A stretch of DNA of 64,000 nucleotides from the IMG/VR virus record IMGVR_UViG_3300037418_002116; one strand, given 5' to 3'. The DNA is from a virus (Duplodnaviria; Caudoviricetes). Below the pieces are notes generated by a model that searched no databases, was not told the DNA's origin, and saw only the letters and a list, made by a program, of their open reading frames with translations. Shown piece after piece: positions 1 through 7,644 of the stretch. How positions within the stretch are numbered: the first letter of the stretch is position 1; the number at the start of each line of letters is the position of its first letter. Made by a program: the position numbers and the translations under genes.

Positions 1-201
1 CAAGCTCGCTGAATCTTTGGCGGCTTGCGCTTCAAGAACCTTGATTTTTCGGCTGGACTCTGCTTCGGCAAATTTCGCCTCGCCTTCCATCCGTTGCTGA
101 TACACGTTGTATTGCGGTGCGTAATAGGTGCAACCACCGATACCGGCGACCACGACAATGCCGATGGCCAAGCCGAATCCAAATCCAAATCCAGATGACA
201 T
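1..201 (-). CDS. Membrane-anchored phage protein (partial, runs off window)
   Basis: ATG at 201; MSSGFGFGFGLAIGIVVVAGIGGCTYY (N-terminal TM) followed by an Ala/Glu/Lys-rich coiled-coil-like segment; frame open to position 1. Confidence 0.7.
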   Translation of the reverse strand, partial: MSSGFGFGFGLAIGIVVVAGIGGCTYYAPQYNVYQQRMEGEAKFAEAESSRKIKVLEAQAAKDSASL

Positions 202-272
202 AAAAAACTTCCCAAAGAGTTGATAATTTCTTACCATTACTCTTTGGGAAGTGTGATTGTCAAGCTGTATTT

Positions 273-728
273 TTAGTCTATCCTGCTTTCCATGTAGCAA
301 TTGATACCAGCTTCACGGATCACGGCGGCGAACGCACGAGCATAAATTTCCTTCTTCTGCATCGACTGATTATAGTCGCTCACGCCGATGTAGTGGGAAC
401 GATTGTACTCGGAATAACGACCGATGTTGTTCTTCTTACACCACGCTGCGAACCCACCGGTTGAGGGACGAATGTGGATGTAGGCGAAACCGCACACACC
501 ATCCGGCTCAAAATACGTCTTTTTCGAATAGTCGATTTCGTTGGAAAACAGCGACTTGGCTTCTCCAACAATCATCGGCTGAATCATGTTCGCCCGCATG
601 GCGGCATCGACGGCGGCCTTACCAGCCGCTACGGCCTTGAGGTAAAGCGCCTTGGCGGCGGTATCAGTGATCTTGACTGACTTCTCACGAGTCTTCTTCA
701 CCTTGCCGAACTGATTCATATCGATCAT
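273..728 (-). CDS. Hypothetical phage protein
   Basis: 151-aa ORF with GGAGG RBS, directly downstream of a sigma70-type promoter. Confidence 0.8.
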   Translation of the reverse strand: MIDMNQFGKVKKTREKSVKITDTAAKALYLKAVAAGKAAVDAAMRANMIQPMIVGEAKSLFSNEIDYSKKTYFEPDGVCGFAYIHIRPSTGGFAAWCKKNNIGRYSEYNRSHYIGVSDYNQSMQKKEIYARAFAAVIREAGINCYMESRID

Positions 729-761
729 GCGGAATTCCTCCGTTTGGTTTCTACAATCACG

Positions 762-789
762 AATATAATCCGAAATTAGAAACTGTCAA
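762..789 (-). promoter_or_regulatory. Early sigma70-type promoter
   Basis: TTGACA (784-789), 16-nt spacer, TATATT (762-767) on the minus strand. Confidence 0.7.
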
Positions 790-807
790 CGGGAAATTTT
801 CATTATA

Positions 808-1233
808 TCAATTTTTTTCGGGTTTCCGGGTTTCCATAAGGTCGATCATCACCGCAATGCAGCCGTCATAAACTTCATCGGACGTTTTCTGGAATTTGTT
901 GCACATGTATTGCAGAAATTCGCCTCGATTGAAATTCGGCTTGTCGTGTTTCCAATGCTCATATTCGATGAAGCATTTGAGCGGGAAAGGATCATTGGAA
1001 AAATATGTGAAATTCTTCGATGTGTACTTGATTCGAACATAGTCAAAAAACAGAAACCATTTCCAGTAGACAGTCATATTTTGAATGATGCGCCCGTCCA
1101 AATCGTATGTCTTGCGCTTCTTTTTGCGCCAGCCAAACATTGGCATACGCAGATACTTCAATTTACGAAAAATTCGCCAACTAAAAATGAATTCCAGATA
1201 TGAATTTCTTATCGTAAATGAAATGCTCTTCAT
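808..1233 (-). CDS. Hypothetical protein
   Basis: 141-aa ORF, ATGA overlap with the upstream gene. Confidence 0.7.
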   Translation of the reverse strand: MKSISFTIRNSYLEFIFSWRIFRKLKYLRMPMFGWRKKKRKTYDLDGRIIQNMTVYWKWFLFFDYVRIKYTSKNFTYFSNDPFPLKCFIEYEHWKHDKPNFNRGEFLQYMCNKFQKTSDEVYDGCIAVMIDLMETRKPEKN

Positions 1234-1532
1234 GTTATCTTTTGGTATCGTTTATTAAACCGTTCATCGGTCATCAGTTTCAGACCATCATCTGTATATA
1301 GCAGCCATCCACCGGGTTGAACGATACCAAGCAATTCAGATTCTTCATAAATGAAAAGATTTCCTCCAAACCAGAAAACTTCCTTACCTTTGACCTTGTT
1401 TGTCAGCCATTCGGGGAATTTGGTCGTATTGAAAATAGGCTTTTCATTCTCGGAACCAATGAATTGGATGGCTTCGACGGTTTGCGGTTTCTCTTCATAA
1501 ATCATGAACTTGTCGCTTTCCCTGTGAACCAT
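1230..1532 (-). CDS. Hypothetical phage protein
   Basis: 100-aa ORF in a coupled minus-strand run; VEAIQF...PGGW pattern seen in small phage proteins. Confidence 0.7.
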   Translation of the reverse strand: MVHRESDKFMIYEEKPQTVEAIQFIGSENEKPIFNTTKFPEWLTNKVKGKEVFWFGGNLFIYEESELLGIVQPGGWLLYTDDGLKLMTDERFNKRYQKIT

Positions 1533-1822
1533 GGGCGAGTGATGTTGCGTTCATCCTCGATATCGGTAAGCCCATGCACAATCAGAACACCTTGGATGAA
1601 ACCAAGCCATCTGGACTTTTTGTCTATCGAGTGGTGAGCCTGTGCCGGATGCATCTGATATTGCGCCATCCACCGGCAATGCGCTATCTGTTGCGCCTTG
1701 GTGAGCTTCGAAAATTCCTTGTCACTGAAATTTTCTGGTGCGATGCCTTTGGCATCGATCATCATGTTGTAGCGGGCGAAAGCGGCCTGTGTGGCTTGGT
1801 CAATTGTTAGGTGTGTTGTCAT
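1502..1822 (-). CDS. Hypothetical phage protein
   Basis: ORF from ATG at 1822 (alternative TTG at 1840), overlapping its neighbours. Confidence 0.65.
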   Translation of the reverse strand: MTTHLTIDQATQAAFARYNMMIDAKGIAPENFSDKEFSKLTKAQQIAHCRWMAQYQMHPAQAHHSIDKKSRWLGFIQGVLIVHGLTDIEDERNITRPWFTGKATSS

Positions 1823-2225
1823 TGCCAATTGAATTAACAATTTCCTTTGTCCCGTCTGTATAGGTGACGGTTATTGGTAAATCATCCCTGTACAGTCTCG
1901 GATTATATTTGATCCGATCAAGAATTGTATTCTTTCGTTCGGTTATCTTGTTGTTCAGATATTCGACCATCTCGAATGGACCGGGCTTTTCAGCCGAAAT
2001 CATCTCAAATGAGACAATCTCACATTCAGGATATTTGCGGAATTCCGAACGGACTCCAATATTCTTTGGATTCCAATAATTATCAGTGGCAAAATTGAGA
2101 TGGTTTTTCAGAGCGCCAAGCGAATTCCAAACCTTGCCTTTGGTGGTAAAGGTCGGGCTCATGCCACCGGTAGAAAAATGACCAGTTGGCTTGTGTCGGA
2201 TCATGTAAACAATTTTGGTTTTCAC
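1800..2225 (-). CDS. Hypothetical phage protein
   Basis: 141-aa ORF, ATGA overlap with the upstream gene. Confidence 0.75.
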   Translation of the reverse strand: MKTKIVYMIRHKPTGHFSTGGMSPTFTTKGKVWNSLGALKNHLNFATDNYWNPKNIGVRSEFRKYPECEIVSFEMISAEKPGPFEMVEYLNNKITERKNTILDRIKYNPRLYRDDLPITVTYTDGTKEIVNSIGNDNTPNN

Positions 2226-2572
2226 AGATCGTCAATTCCTACGATCTTGGGTTCGATGGTCGGTTCAACAACCGACTTCGTTTCAATCTCTGCATCGGTG
2301 GCCCATTTCCATGGGTCGATTGTTTCGACTCCTATGATCGAGTCCTTTCGGAATGAGCGCCAAGCGTTCTTTTCCAGATCAAAGGCCCGGATCACGTCAT
2401 CAGCGACATATTCTTTGTATGGTTGTGGGTTAGGCAGCTTGTCGGCAGGAATCAGTAAATGATTTGTGGTGCATGTCATCCGACGTTCTGTGCCGTCTGC
2501 CTTTATAAAAATCACGGTAAGAGGCGTCGTGTTGTGCAGATGCAACGACACGTAATCTGATAGAGTTGTCAA
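2222..2572 (-). CDS. WYL_2/DUF2693-like SH3-fold phage protein
   Basis: FIKADGTERRM...FDLEKNAWRSF motif; TTG start with AGGA RBS. Confidence 0.75.
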   Translation of the reverse strand: MTTLSDYVSLHLHNTTPLTVIFIKADGTERRMTCTTNHLLIPADKLPNPQPYKEYVADDVIRAFDLEKNAWRSFRKDSIIGVETIDPWKWATDAEIETKSVVEPTIEPKIVGIDDL

Positions 2573-2581
2573 ATGAATTTC

Positions 2582-2656
2582 CTAGAGGGAATAAATGAGA
2601 TAAGCTATAAAGACGATGGAAAGCAGAAACACGACAACGGGGAAAACCCTAGTCAT
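2582..2656 (-). CDS. 24-aa single-pass membrane peptide
   Basis: AGGAGA RBS; MTRVFPVVVFLLSIVFIAYLIYSL*. Confidence 0.65.
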   Translation of the reverse strand: MTRVFPVVVFLLSIVFIAYLIYSL

Positions 2657-2683
2657 GGAATCTCCTGTTTTTGAGAAAATTTT

Positions 2684-2760
2684 TGGTCTGGATGGTTCGA
2701 TTTGAACGAACGGCCCCCGCATTCCAAGTGCGGTACTCTACCAGACTGAGCTACACCCAG
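2684..2760 (-). tRNA. tRNA-Pro(TGG), A37 variant
   Basis: Cloverleaf: acceptor CTGGGTG/CATCCAG, anticodon arm CCGCA-CTTGGAA-TGCGG, TTCAAAT T-loop, encoded CCA. Confidence 0.93.
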
Positions 2761-2776
2761 ATAGACCAAAAATAAG

Positions 2777-2854
2777 TGGTCGGAACGGCAAGATTCGAAC
2801 TTGCGACACTCCTGTACCCAAAACAGGCGGGATACCAGACTTCCCTACGCTCCG
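2777..2854 (-). tRNA. tRNA-Pro(TGG), G37 variant
   Basis: Cloverleaf: acceptor CGGAGCG/CGTTCCG, anticodon arm CCTGT-TTTGGGT-ACAGG, TTCGAAT T-loop, encoded CCA. Confidence 0.93.
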
Positions 2855-2860
2855 ATCCAC

Positions 2861-2891
2861 TATTTATACACAGTATCTATTACTTTGTCAA
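2861..2891 (-). promoter_or_regulatory. Composite sigma70 / T4-late promoter for the tRNA-Pro pair
   Basis: TTGACA (2886-2891), 17-nt spacer, TATAAATA (2861-2868, the T4 late consensus). Confidence 0.75.
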
Positions 2892-3418
2892 CCCTGTTCC
2901 CAAAATTCTTTGGGCTTCCGATTGACAAATTCATTACGCAAGGTCCGATACACGAACTGCCACCTAGCGCCGTGGTACTGTTTTTGTATTTCATATTGCG
3001 CCTCTATCAAATCCACAGACCACGTACAGTACATTTCCGGTATCGTGTGACCATGAACCTTATAGTTTTCGTGCATCATGTCGATAGAGTGCGCCATTTC
3101 GTGACAAATGACAAGGGCAACGGTGTGTCGCCAAGAGCAAGGCTTAGGAATAGAGCCTATTTCCTTGTCATTGCATATATGCGTGTACTCTATAAACCCT
3201 GTGAGGGTATAGTCCGTAATATATGGAGTGCTTATTTCCATATAGGGCACGACGACACCGCTAATCGTCTTTATGCCACCTTGACAACCCGTCAATTCAC
3301 GGTGAATCCTGATTTTTGTGGTAGGAAAATCACGATAGATTGACGTTTCGTGTATGTAGCCTCTCATTCCTTTCACAAGTTGGGTTATGTATGTTGCCAA
3401 GACTGAGTCATCGAACAT
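2888..3418 (-). CDS. SprT-like zinc metalloprotease-motif protein
   Basis: HEMAH (HExxH) plus distal HGARWQ, the SprT-type HG..W pattern. Confidence 0.6.
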   Translation of the reverse strand: MFDDSVLATYITQLVKGMRGYIHETSIYRDFPTTKIRIHRELTGCQGGIKTISGVVVPYMEISTPYITDYTLTGFIEYTHICNDKEIGSIPKPCSWRHTVALVICHEMAHSIDMMHENYKVHGHTIPEMYCTWSVDLIEAQYEIQKQYHGARWQFVYRTLRNEFVNRKPKEFWEQG

Positions 3419-3654
3419 TCTTTCCTCGAAAGTACTCTTTCTTATTCGCCATCCGGTTTATGCCAAGTCCCCAGAGGTCACTTTCGCTTGTAGCGCCGGA
3501 AATGGTCTTGTCAAATCGATTTTGGTCCTACCAAGACGAATTTATTACAGTGTTGTAAGGAAATTTCTCTTGACACGATTTTCCGGGTATTTGAGTGATT
3601 CCGTATACATTAGGGGAGACTAATTAACAAATGATGTCATGAGACATTTATGGG

Positions 3655-4770
3655 CTAAATGCTTCTTTTTCCTTCATATAAGTGCTTAACCACGCCAAAT
3701 CTCGGAATGCCGTCTGGCGTGTAATTCTGGAACCGGCAGGCGGCATCGCCGCCGATATAGCGGGTCTTTTCAGCCAATCGTTCACGATTTTTATCCATCG
3801 AACCGTCGATGCCGGACTTGAACGTTCGGCCATCGGGGAGCTTCAAAACGACCTTTTTGGCGATTCCATCCCAATTGCCGATACCTGATTCGATATCCAC
3901 CACTTCAAATTCCTCTGTCTGGAAATTTTTGTGCTTGAAAAGGAATTTCGAGCGCTTATGCTCATACTCGCCATCCGGATTGCGGCCCATGATGCCTTCA
4001 TAGCCATCAACGATGTACTCGCCGTGCTTGTCTTCCAATTCTGCCAAAGAGGCGATCTTAGGCGTTGGGACCAATCTGATGTTGTCGCCATCGAAAGTGC
4101 CTTTGGCAGCGAGTTCAAGAATGAGCGCACGGCGTTCAGAGAACTTCAACTTGGGCTGGTCCGGAACAAACACGTCATAGACGTGATATTGAACCTTTTC
4201 ACGAATTTCCGCCTTGTCGGCTTCCGAAAGCTCGTCATATTTCTGTTGCCGGATCATCGATACCAGCTTGTCGAAATCGTCTTTCAAATCGTGGTTGTAA
4301 AGCTCACCATCGAAAATGATGGTATCGGATGACAGTTGCGCATGGATGTGCGCAATCGTAAAGAATGGCTTTCCCTCTCGGGAAAACCCGCCTTCCGGCT
4401 TCAAGATGCAGCGAACGCCGTCTAGCTTGGGCTGAACGTAATAGTCCCGGTCTTTGGTCTGGCCGGGCTTGTAAGTTGCCGCCAGCATGGGTTGAAAAAT
4501 GTTTGACCGCTTAGCCTCTTCGATTTTATCGGAATATTTCCGGGCAAGCTTCTTTTCGTATTGGGATTCGACTTCCGAGATGGCTTGCTGTTCAGGCGTC
4601 GTTTCATTGGCCTTGCCTATGTTCTTGCCTTCGACGGTCGTCCATTCGGACGTGACCAATTGGCCGTCTAGGATGCCAGAGATTGTGCGGTACTGATTTC
4701 CTTCGGATTCCATGTACCAGACACGAGTCTTACCCTTGGAATCGATATTGTAGAGTTGTTTATGTAGCAA
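3655..4770 (-). CDS. lig: ATP-dependent DNA ligase (T4 gp30-like)
   Basis: QPKLDGVRC adenylation motif, FDGELY, YHVYDV, EGIM, C-terminal OB domain (GIPRF); TTG start. Confidence 0.95.
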   Translation of the reverse strand: MLHKQLYNIDSKGKTRVWYMESEGNQYRTISGILDGQLVTSEWTTVEGKNIGKANETTPEQQAISEVESQYEKKLARKYSDKIEEAKRSNIFQPMLAATYKPGQTKDRDYYVQPKLDGVRCILKPEGGFSREGKPFFTIAHIHAQLSSDTIIFDGELYNHDLKDDFDKLVSMIRQQKYDELSEADKAEIREKVQYHVYDVFVPDQPKLKFSERRALILELAAKGTFDGDNIRLVPTPKIASLAELEDKHGEYIVDGYEGIMGRNPDGEYEHKRSKFLFKHKNFQTEEFEVVDIESGIGNWDGIAKKVVLKLPDGRTFKSGIDGSMDKNRERLAEKTRYIGGDAACRFQNYTPDGIPRFGVVKHLYEGKRSI

Positions 4771-4779
4771 AAATTGATC

Positions 4780-4932
4780 CTAACAAAGACCGCCGCATGG
4801 AACGCCAGCCATTTCAGCGGTGAAAAATAACAGAAAATAAAATGAAAATGGTAAAGTGATAACAAAAACTAGAAGAGCTAAGAAGATTGTCCAACATAGA
4901 CATACAAGAGCAATGTGGAATACATTCTTCAT
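4780..4932 (-). CDS. Small hydrophobic membrane protein (50 aa)
   Basis: MKNVFHIALVCLCWTIFLALLVFVITLPFSFYFLLFFTAEMAGVPCGGLC*; TGATG overlap with the upstream stop. Confidence 0.55.
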   Translation of the reverse strand: MKNVFHIALVCLCWTIFLALLVFVITLPFSFYFLLFFTAEMAGVPCGGLC

Positions 4933-5636
4933 CAACATTCACCACATATTGTTTCTATGCAAATCATGTTCGATGGATTGGAAATCTTCGATTCAACGCC
5001 ATTCTTGTTGACGACAATCGTAAAAATTTCTGTCTTGCGGGAATCGACTACGGCCTTAAATTCTTTGATCGTGCCGTGTTCAAGCTCCATGCCGGAACCG
5101 TATCGAGCATTGATGTACAGAACCTTGTCGCCAACATCCAAACGGTTGCCGTCAATATCGTATTGATTCGGTGCTTTTAGAGCTTCGGCCTTGGCGGCTT
5201 TGTGATCAAAGAGAGCCCACACGGTCGGGCCGGTATAATTCGGTAGGAAAACTACATCTCTGTCAGGAAGATTGACCTGAACTTGGTTCTTACGTTTGAT
5301 ATCGGCCCAAGTGGCAATCGTATAGAAACGATCATTTTGGATAAAATATGGTGCGTCTCTATTCCAGCCATTGTAACGACGAATAACTCTCGCCTTTTCG
5401 GCAGCATTGTCACCAAATGTCTTACGATTTGGAATAACTTTGGCGATTGCGTCCTTTCGATCACCATCAATCCATTTGATGTATAGAGTATCTTCTAGCA
5501 ACTTGTCGATTAATGTATGTTGTGCTAGAATATATTCTACTACCTTTGGATCATTTTCATCGGCAAACCCATTATAATATGGTGATTTTAGTTGAAATTC
5601 ATCTGGTAGTTGCAGTTTTACGCTCATATTGTTCAC
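4932..5636 (-). CDS. Hypothetical protein
   Basis: 234-aa ORF in the operon. Confidence 0.75.
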   Translation of the reverse strand: MNNMSVKLQLPDEFQLKSPYYNGFADENDPKVVEYILAQHTLIDKLLEDTLYIKWIDGDRKDAIAKVIPNRKTFGDNAAEKARVIRRYNGWNRDAPYFIQNDRFYTIATWADIKRKNQVQVNLPDRDVVFLPNYTGPTVWALFDHKAAKAEALKAPNQYDIDGNRLDVGDKVLYINARYGSGMELEHGTIKEFKAVVDSRKTEIFTIVVNKNGVESKISNPSNMICIETICGEC

Positions 5637-5802
5637 TGTAAAAAGGCGTTACCTCAAAAAGAGTAATACCGCCACGTTTGTCAAACCAATTATTGGTCTT
5701 GACATATTCGATTGCTTCTTCTCTTGTTTTAAGAGTATCTGGTAGTGAAATATCGGAAGACCAAGTTTTCACCATAAATTTGTGACGCTGATCAAGACTC
5801 AT
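5599..5802 (-). CDS. Hypothetical protein
   Basis: ATG at 5802 overlaps the upstream TGA (ATGA). Confidence 0.65.
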   Translation of the reverse strand: MSLDQRHKFMVKTWSSDISLPDTLKTREEAIEYVKTNNWFDKRGGITLFEVTPFYSEQYERKTATTR

Positions 5803-6005
5803 TTGCAATTCTTTGCTGCAAGATCATTATTTAAATCGGAGTATGATCGTGTTACGACCACAGAATTTCCATCATAAAAAATATGTGAACTAGAGCCTCC
5901 ATGCACAGGATAAATGGCGTTAATGGAGTTTGTATTGATGGTGACTTGTGTATCGTTGTTTGTAGTCAGAATCAAAAATTGTGGTGCAAAAATTTGTGCA
6001 GCCAT
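5799..6005 (-). CDS. Hypothetical protein
   Basis: 68-aa ORF right after the tRNA-like RNA. Confidence 0.65.
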   Translation of the reverse strand: MAAQIFAPQFLILTTNNDTQVTINTNSINAIYPVHGGSSSHIFYDGNSVVVTRSYSDLNNDLAAKNCK

Positions 6006-6026
6006 TTAAAATCTTTCAAAAAGGAT

Positions 6027-6158
6027 TGGTGATAGAGGCGGGAATCGAACACCGCTTGGGAGCTTTCCTAGACTTTATCCGGAATATTGCGCTAGTACTT
6101 ACTTGATCCGCCGTCACCCCATTATCTTAGGGCCGCTGTACCAATCAGCTACTCTATC
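6027..6158 (-). ncRNA. 132-nt tRNA-like RNA with about 61-nt expanded variable region
   Basis: Acceptor GATAGAG/CTCTATC + A + CCA; D-arm GCTG-ATTGGTA-CAGC; T-arm GCGG(T)G-TTCGATT-CCCGC; imperfect arm GCCCT-AAGATAA-TGGGG; long insertion before the T-arm. Confidence 0.8.
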
Positions 6159-6170
6159 ATTTTAGAAAAT

Positions 6171-6247
6171 TGGCTCTAGCCGCAGGGATCGAACCTGCCA
6201 TGTACAAGTTAACAGCTTGTCCCGTCCACCCTGTTCGGCTGGCTAGA
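6171..6247 (-). tRNA. tRNA-Asn(GTT)
   Basis: Acceptor TCTAGCC/GGCTAGA, anticodon arm ACAAG-CTGTTAA-CTTGT, encoded CCA. Confidence 0.93.
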
Positions 6248-6307
6248 AAAACAGGAAGAAGGCGTTAGCGAACCCGGTTCGGCAACTTCCTGTGGGTAAT
6301 AATACTG

Positions 6308-6336
6308 AATGTATGTTATTTAGACACGAATGTCAA
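6308..6336 (-). promoter_or_regulatory. sigma70-type promoter with embedded late-like CTAAATA
   Basis: TTGACA (6331-6336), 17-nt spacer, TACATT (6308-6313); CTAAATA at 6317-6323. Confidence 0.7.
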
Positions 6337-6352
6337 GAAAGGTTTATAAAAA

Positions 6353-6466
6353 AGAGGCGAATATTTCAGCATCGGACGCTATGCCTAGCTTATTTCATCG
6401 CCTCTAGGTGAAAGTGAGACAACATCGTGTCAGCATCGGCACTTTGCCTAGCTATCCCGTCGTCTC
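6353..6466 (-). ncRNA. Tandem duplicated structured RNA motif ending in a terminator-like U-tract
   Basis: Two hairpins (6353-6405, 6416-6466) share identical cores AGCTAGGCA and CCGATGCTGA but have different, each complementary, outer stems; U-run follows the distal copy. Confidence 0.65.
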
Positions 6467-6571
6467 TTTCTGGCCATCGCCACGAAGCTTCTTTCAAGCA
6501 CTCCCGTTTTATTCCGGGGAAGAGATTACATCCTAGATATAGGTGTTCTTTTCAGAACTTCAAGGGCCTTC

Positions 6572-6838
6572 TTACAATTCCCGAACCTGAATCGATTTGC
6601 TAGGCTGGAAATGCACACGACTGAACTTTTTGTTCGGGTCAAAATCGTCATAATATGGCGAAACATGCATGTTCTTTGGAACATATGGACAATAGAACAT
6701 ACCGGCGTCATGCAACTGCTTACCCTTGTAAGGCATAAGCAGAGGATTGGACGGCTCATTCGGCCTTACAAACGCCTTGGCGGCACTCGGAAAGGCTAAA
6801 ATGGACGCCAGACCAGCAAGAAAGTCACGCCGTTTCAT
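6572..6838 (-). CDS. Tat-signal protein carrying a major-capsid (gp23) C-terminal fragment
   Basis: MKRRDFLAG...AAKA signal; YKGKQLHDAGMFYCPYVP matches gp23 YKG...DAG.(F/Y)Y.PYV. Confidence 0.8.
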   Translation of the reverse strand: MKRRDFLAGLASILAFPSAAKAFVRPNEPSNPLLMPYKGKQLHDAGMFYCPYVPKNMHVSPYYDDFDPNKKFSRVHFQPSKSIQVREL

Positions 6839-7244
6839 GTTCGATCACCTTGGTTCGATCCTTAACCAGCTTATAGCTCTTGTCCGGCATTATCACAGAC
6901 ACCTTATCGGCAATGTAAGTTGCCGGATAATATTTGGTTTCCGTGATTCTGACGGCCATATCTCGCATATCGACATACATATGAAGGTTTTTACCTTCGA
7001 GTCGTGATTGTTCCCAATGCCGTTCCAAAACTGACTTCATAGCCCTTGCACGGGCAGTGATATCAGGATTCGGATACGACGCATTGTAAGTTTCCCACAA
7101 CAAATCAGAATAGCGGACGTTGTAGTCCTCTTTCTCGACCGATTTCAGGATTTCCGCAAGAGTTGTATCGGCCATCGCCGGAAATGACAGAGTAGCCGCT
7201 ACAGCCGTGGCAACGGCACCTACAAGGAATTCACGCCGTTTCAT
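6825..7244 (-). CDS. Tat-signal protein of unknown function
   Basis: True start at ATG 7244 (AAAGGA RBS); MKRREFLVG...PAMA signal. Confidence 0.8.
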   Translation of the reverse strand: MKRREFLVGAVATAVAATLSFPAMADTTLAEILKSVEKEDYNVRYSDLLWETYNASYPNPDITARARAMKSVLERHWEQSRLEGKNLHMYVDMRDMAVRITETKYYPATYIADKVSVIMPDKSYKLVKDRTKVIEHETA

Positions 7245-7644
7245 TATAGAATCCTTTCGTCGGATTGTCGGGATCATATCCATAATCAATCATGCGTTGC
7301 CGAACATTTTCGGATGCTTTCGGATGCTTTCGGGAAATCAAATGCATTTCCCGATGATCCTTACCATAACAGATTGAGAGAGCTTTGATTCGCTCTATGT
7401 CCGAATCTGTCATCTTGACCACTCGGGCAAACGATTTGGTTTCTGTAGGGAATTTGGCTTCTTTGAAATCCAATCGCCAGACCAAATAATCGTTTTTATC
7501 CGGAAGAATGCGGGCGGTAGATGTCCCATTGGTCCAGTTCACGAACAAGACCCAATGTTTCTTCTCTTCGGCCTTAGCCAAAGCAGGAAGCATTGCAGTA
7601 GCGGCGGCAATTCCTACACCAGCAAGGAATTCACGCCTCTGCAT
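7231..7644 (-). CDS. Tat-signal protein of unknown function
   Basis: True start at ATG 7644 (TAATG overlap); MQRREFLAG...LAKA signal. Confidence 0.8.
   Translation of the reverse strand: MQRREFLAGVGIAAATAMLPALAKAEEKKHWVLFVNWTNGTSTARILPDKNDYLVWRLDFKEAKFPTETKSFARVVKMTDSDIERIKALSICYGKDHREMHLISRKHPKASENVRQRMIDYGYDPDNPTKGFYNETA

Noticed and set aside
6027-6158. Interpretation of the 132-nt RNA as a mini-tmRNA or intron-containing tRNA
   Set aside because: No G3-U70 alanine determinant, a full D-arm is present, there is no convincing tag ORF, and no excision restores a canonical anticodon arm
6251-6293. Leader hairpin before tRNA-Asn containing GGTTCG as a degenerate tRNA
   Set aside because: No acceptor/CCA or D-arm; treated as a simple leader stem
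6526-6759. 77-aa ORF overlapping the first Tat gene
   Set aside because: Alternative frame of a gene with a clear signal peptide and gp23 motif; no RBS
7311-7333. 10-bp tandem duplication CGGATGCTTT in the third Tat gene as a phase-variation switch
   Set aside because: Only two copies; the current frame gives the same ETA-stop coupling as its neighbours, so there is no evidence of switching
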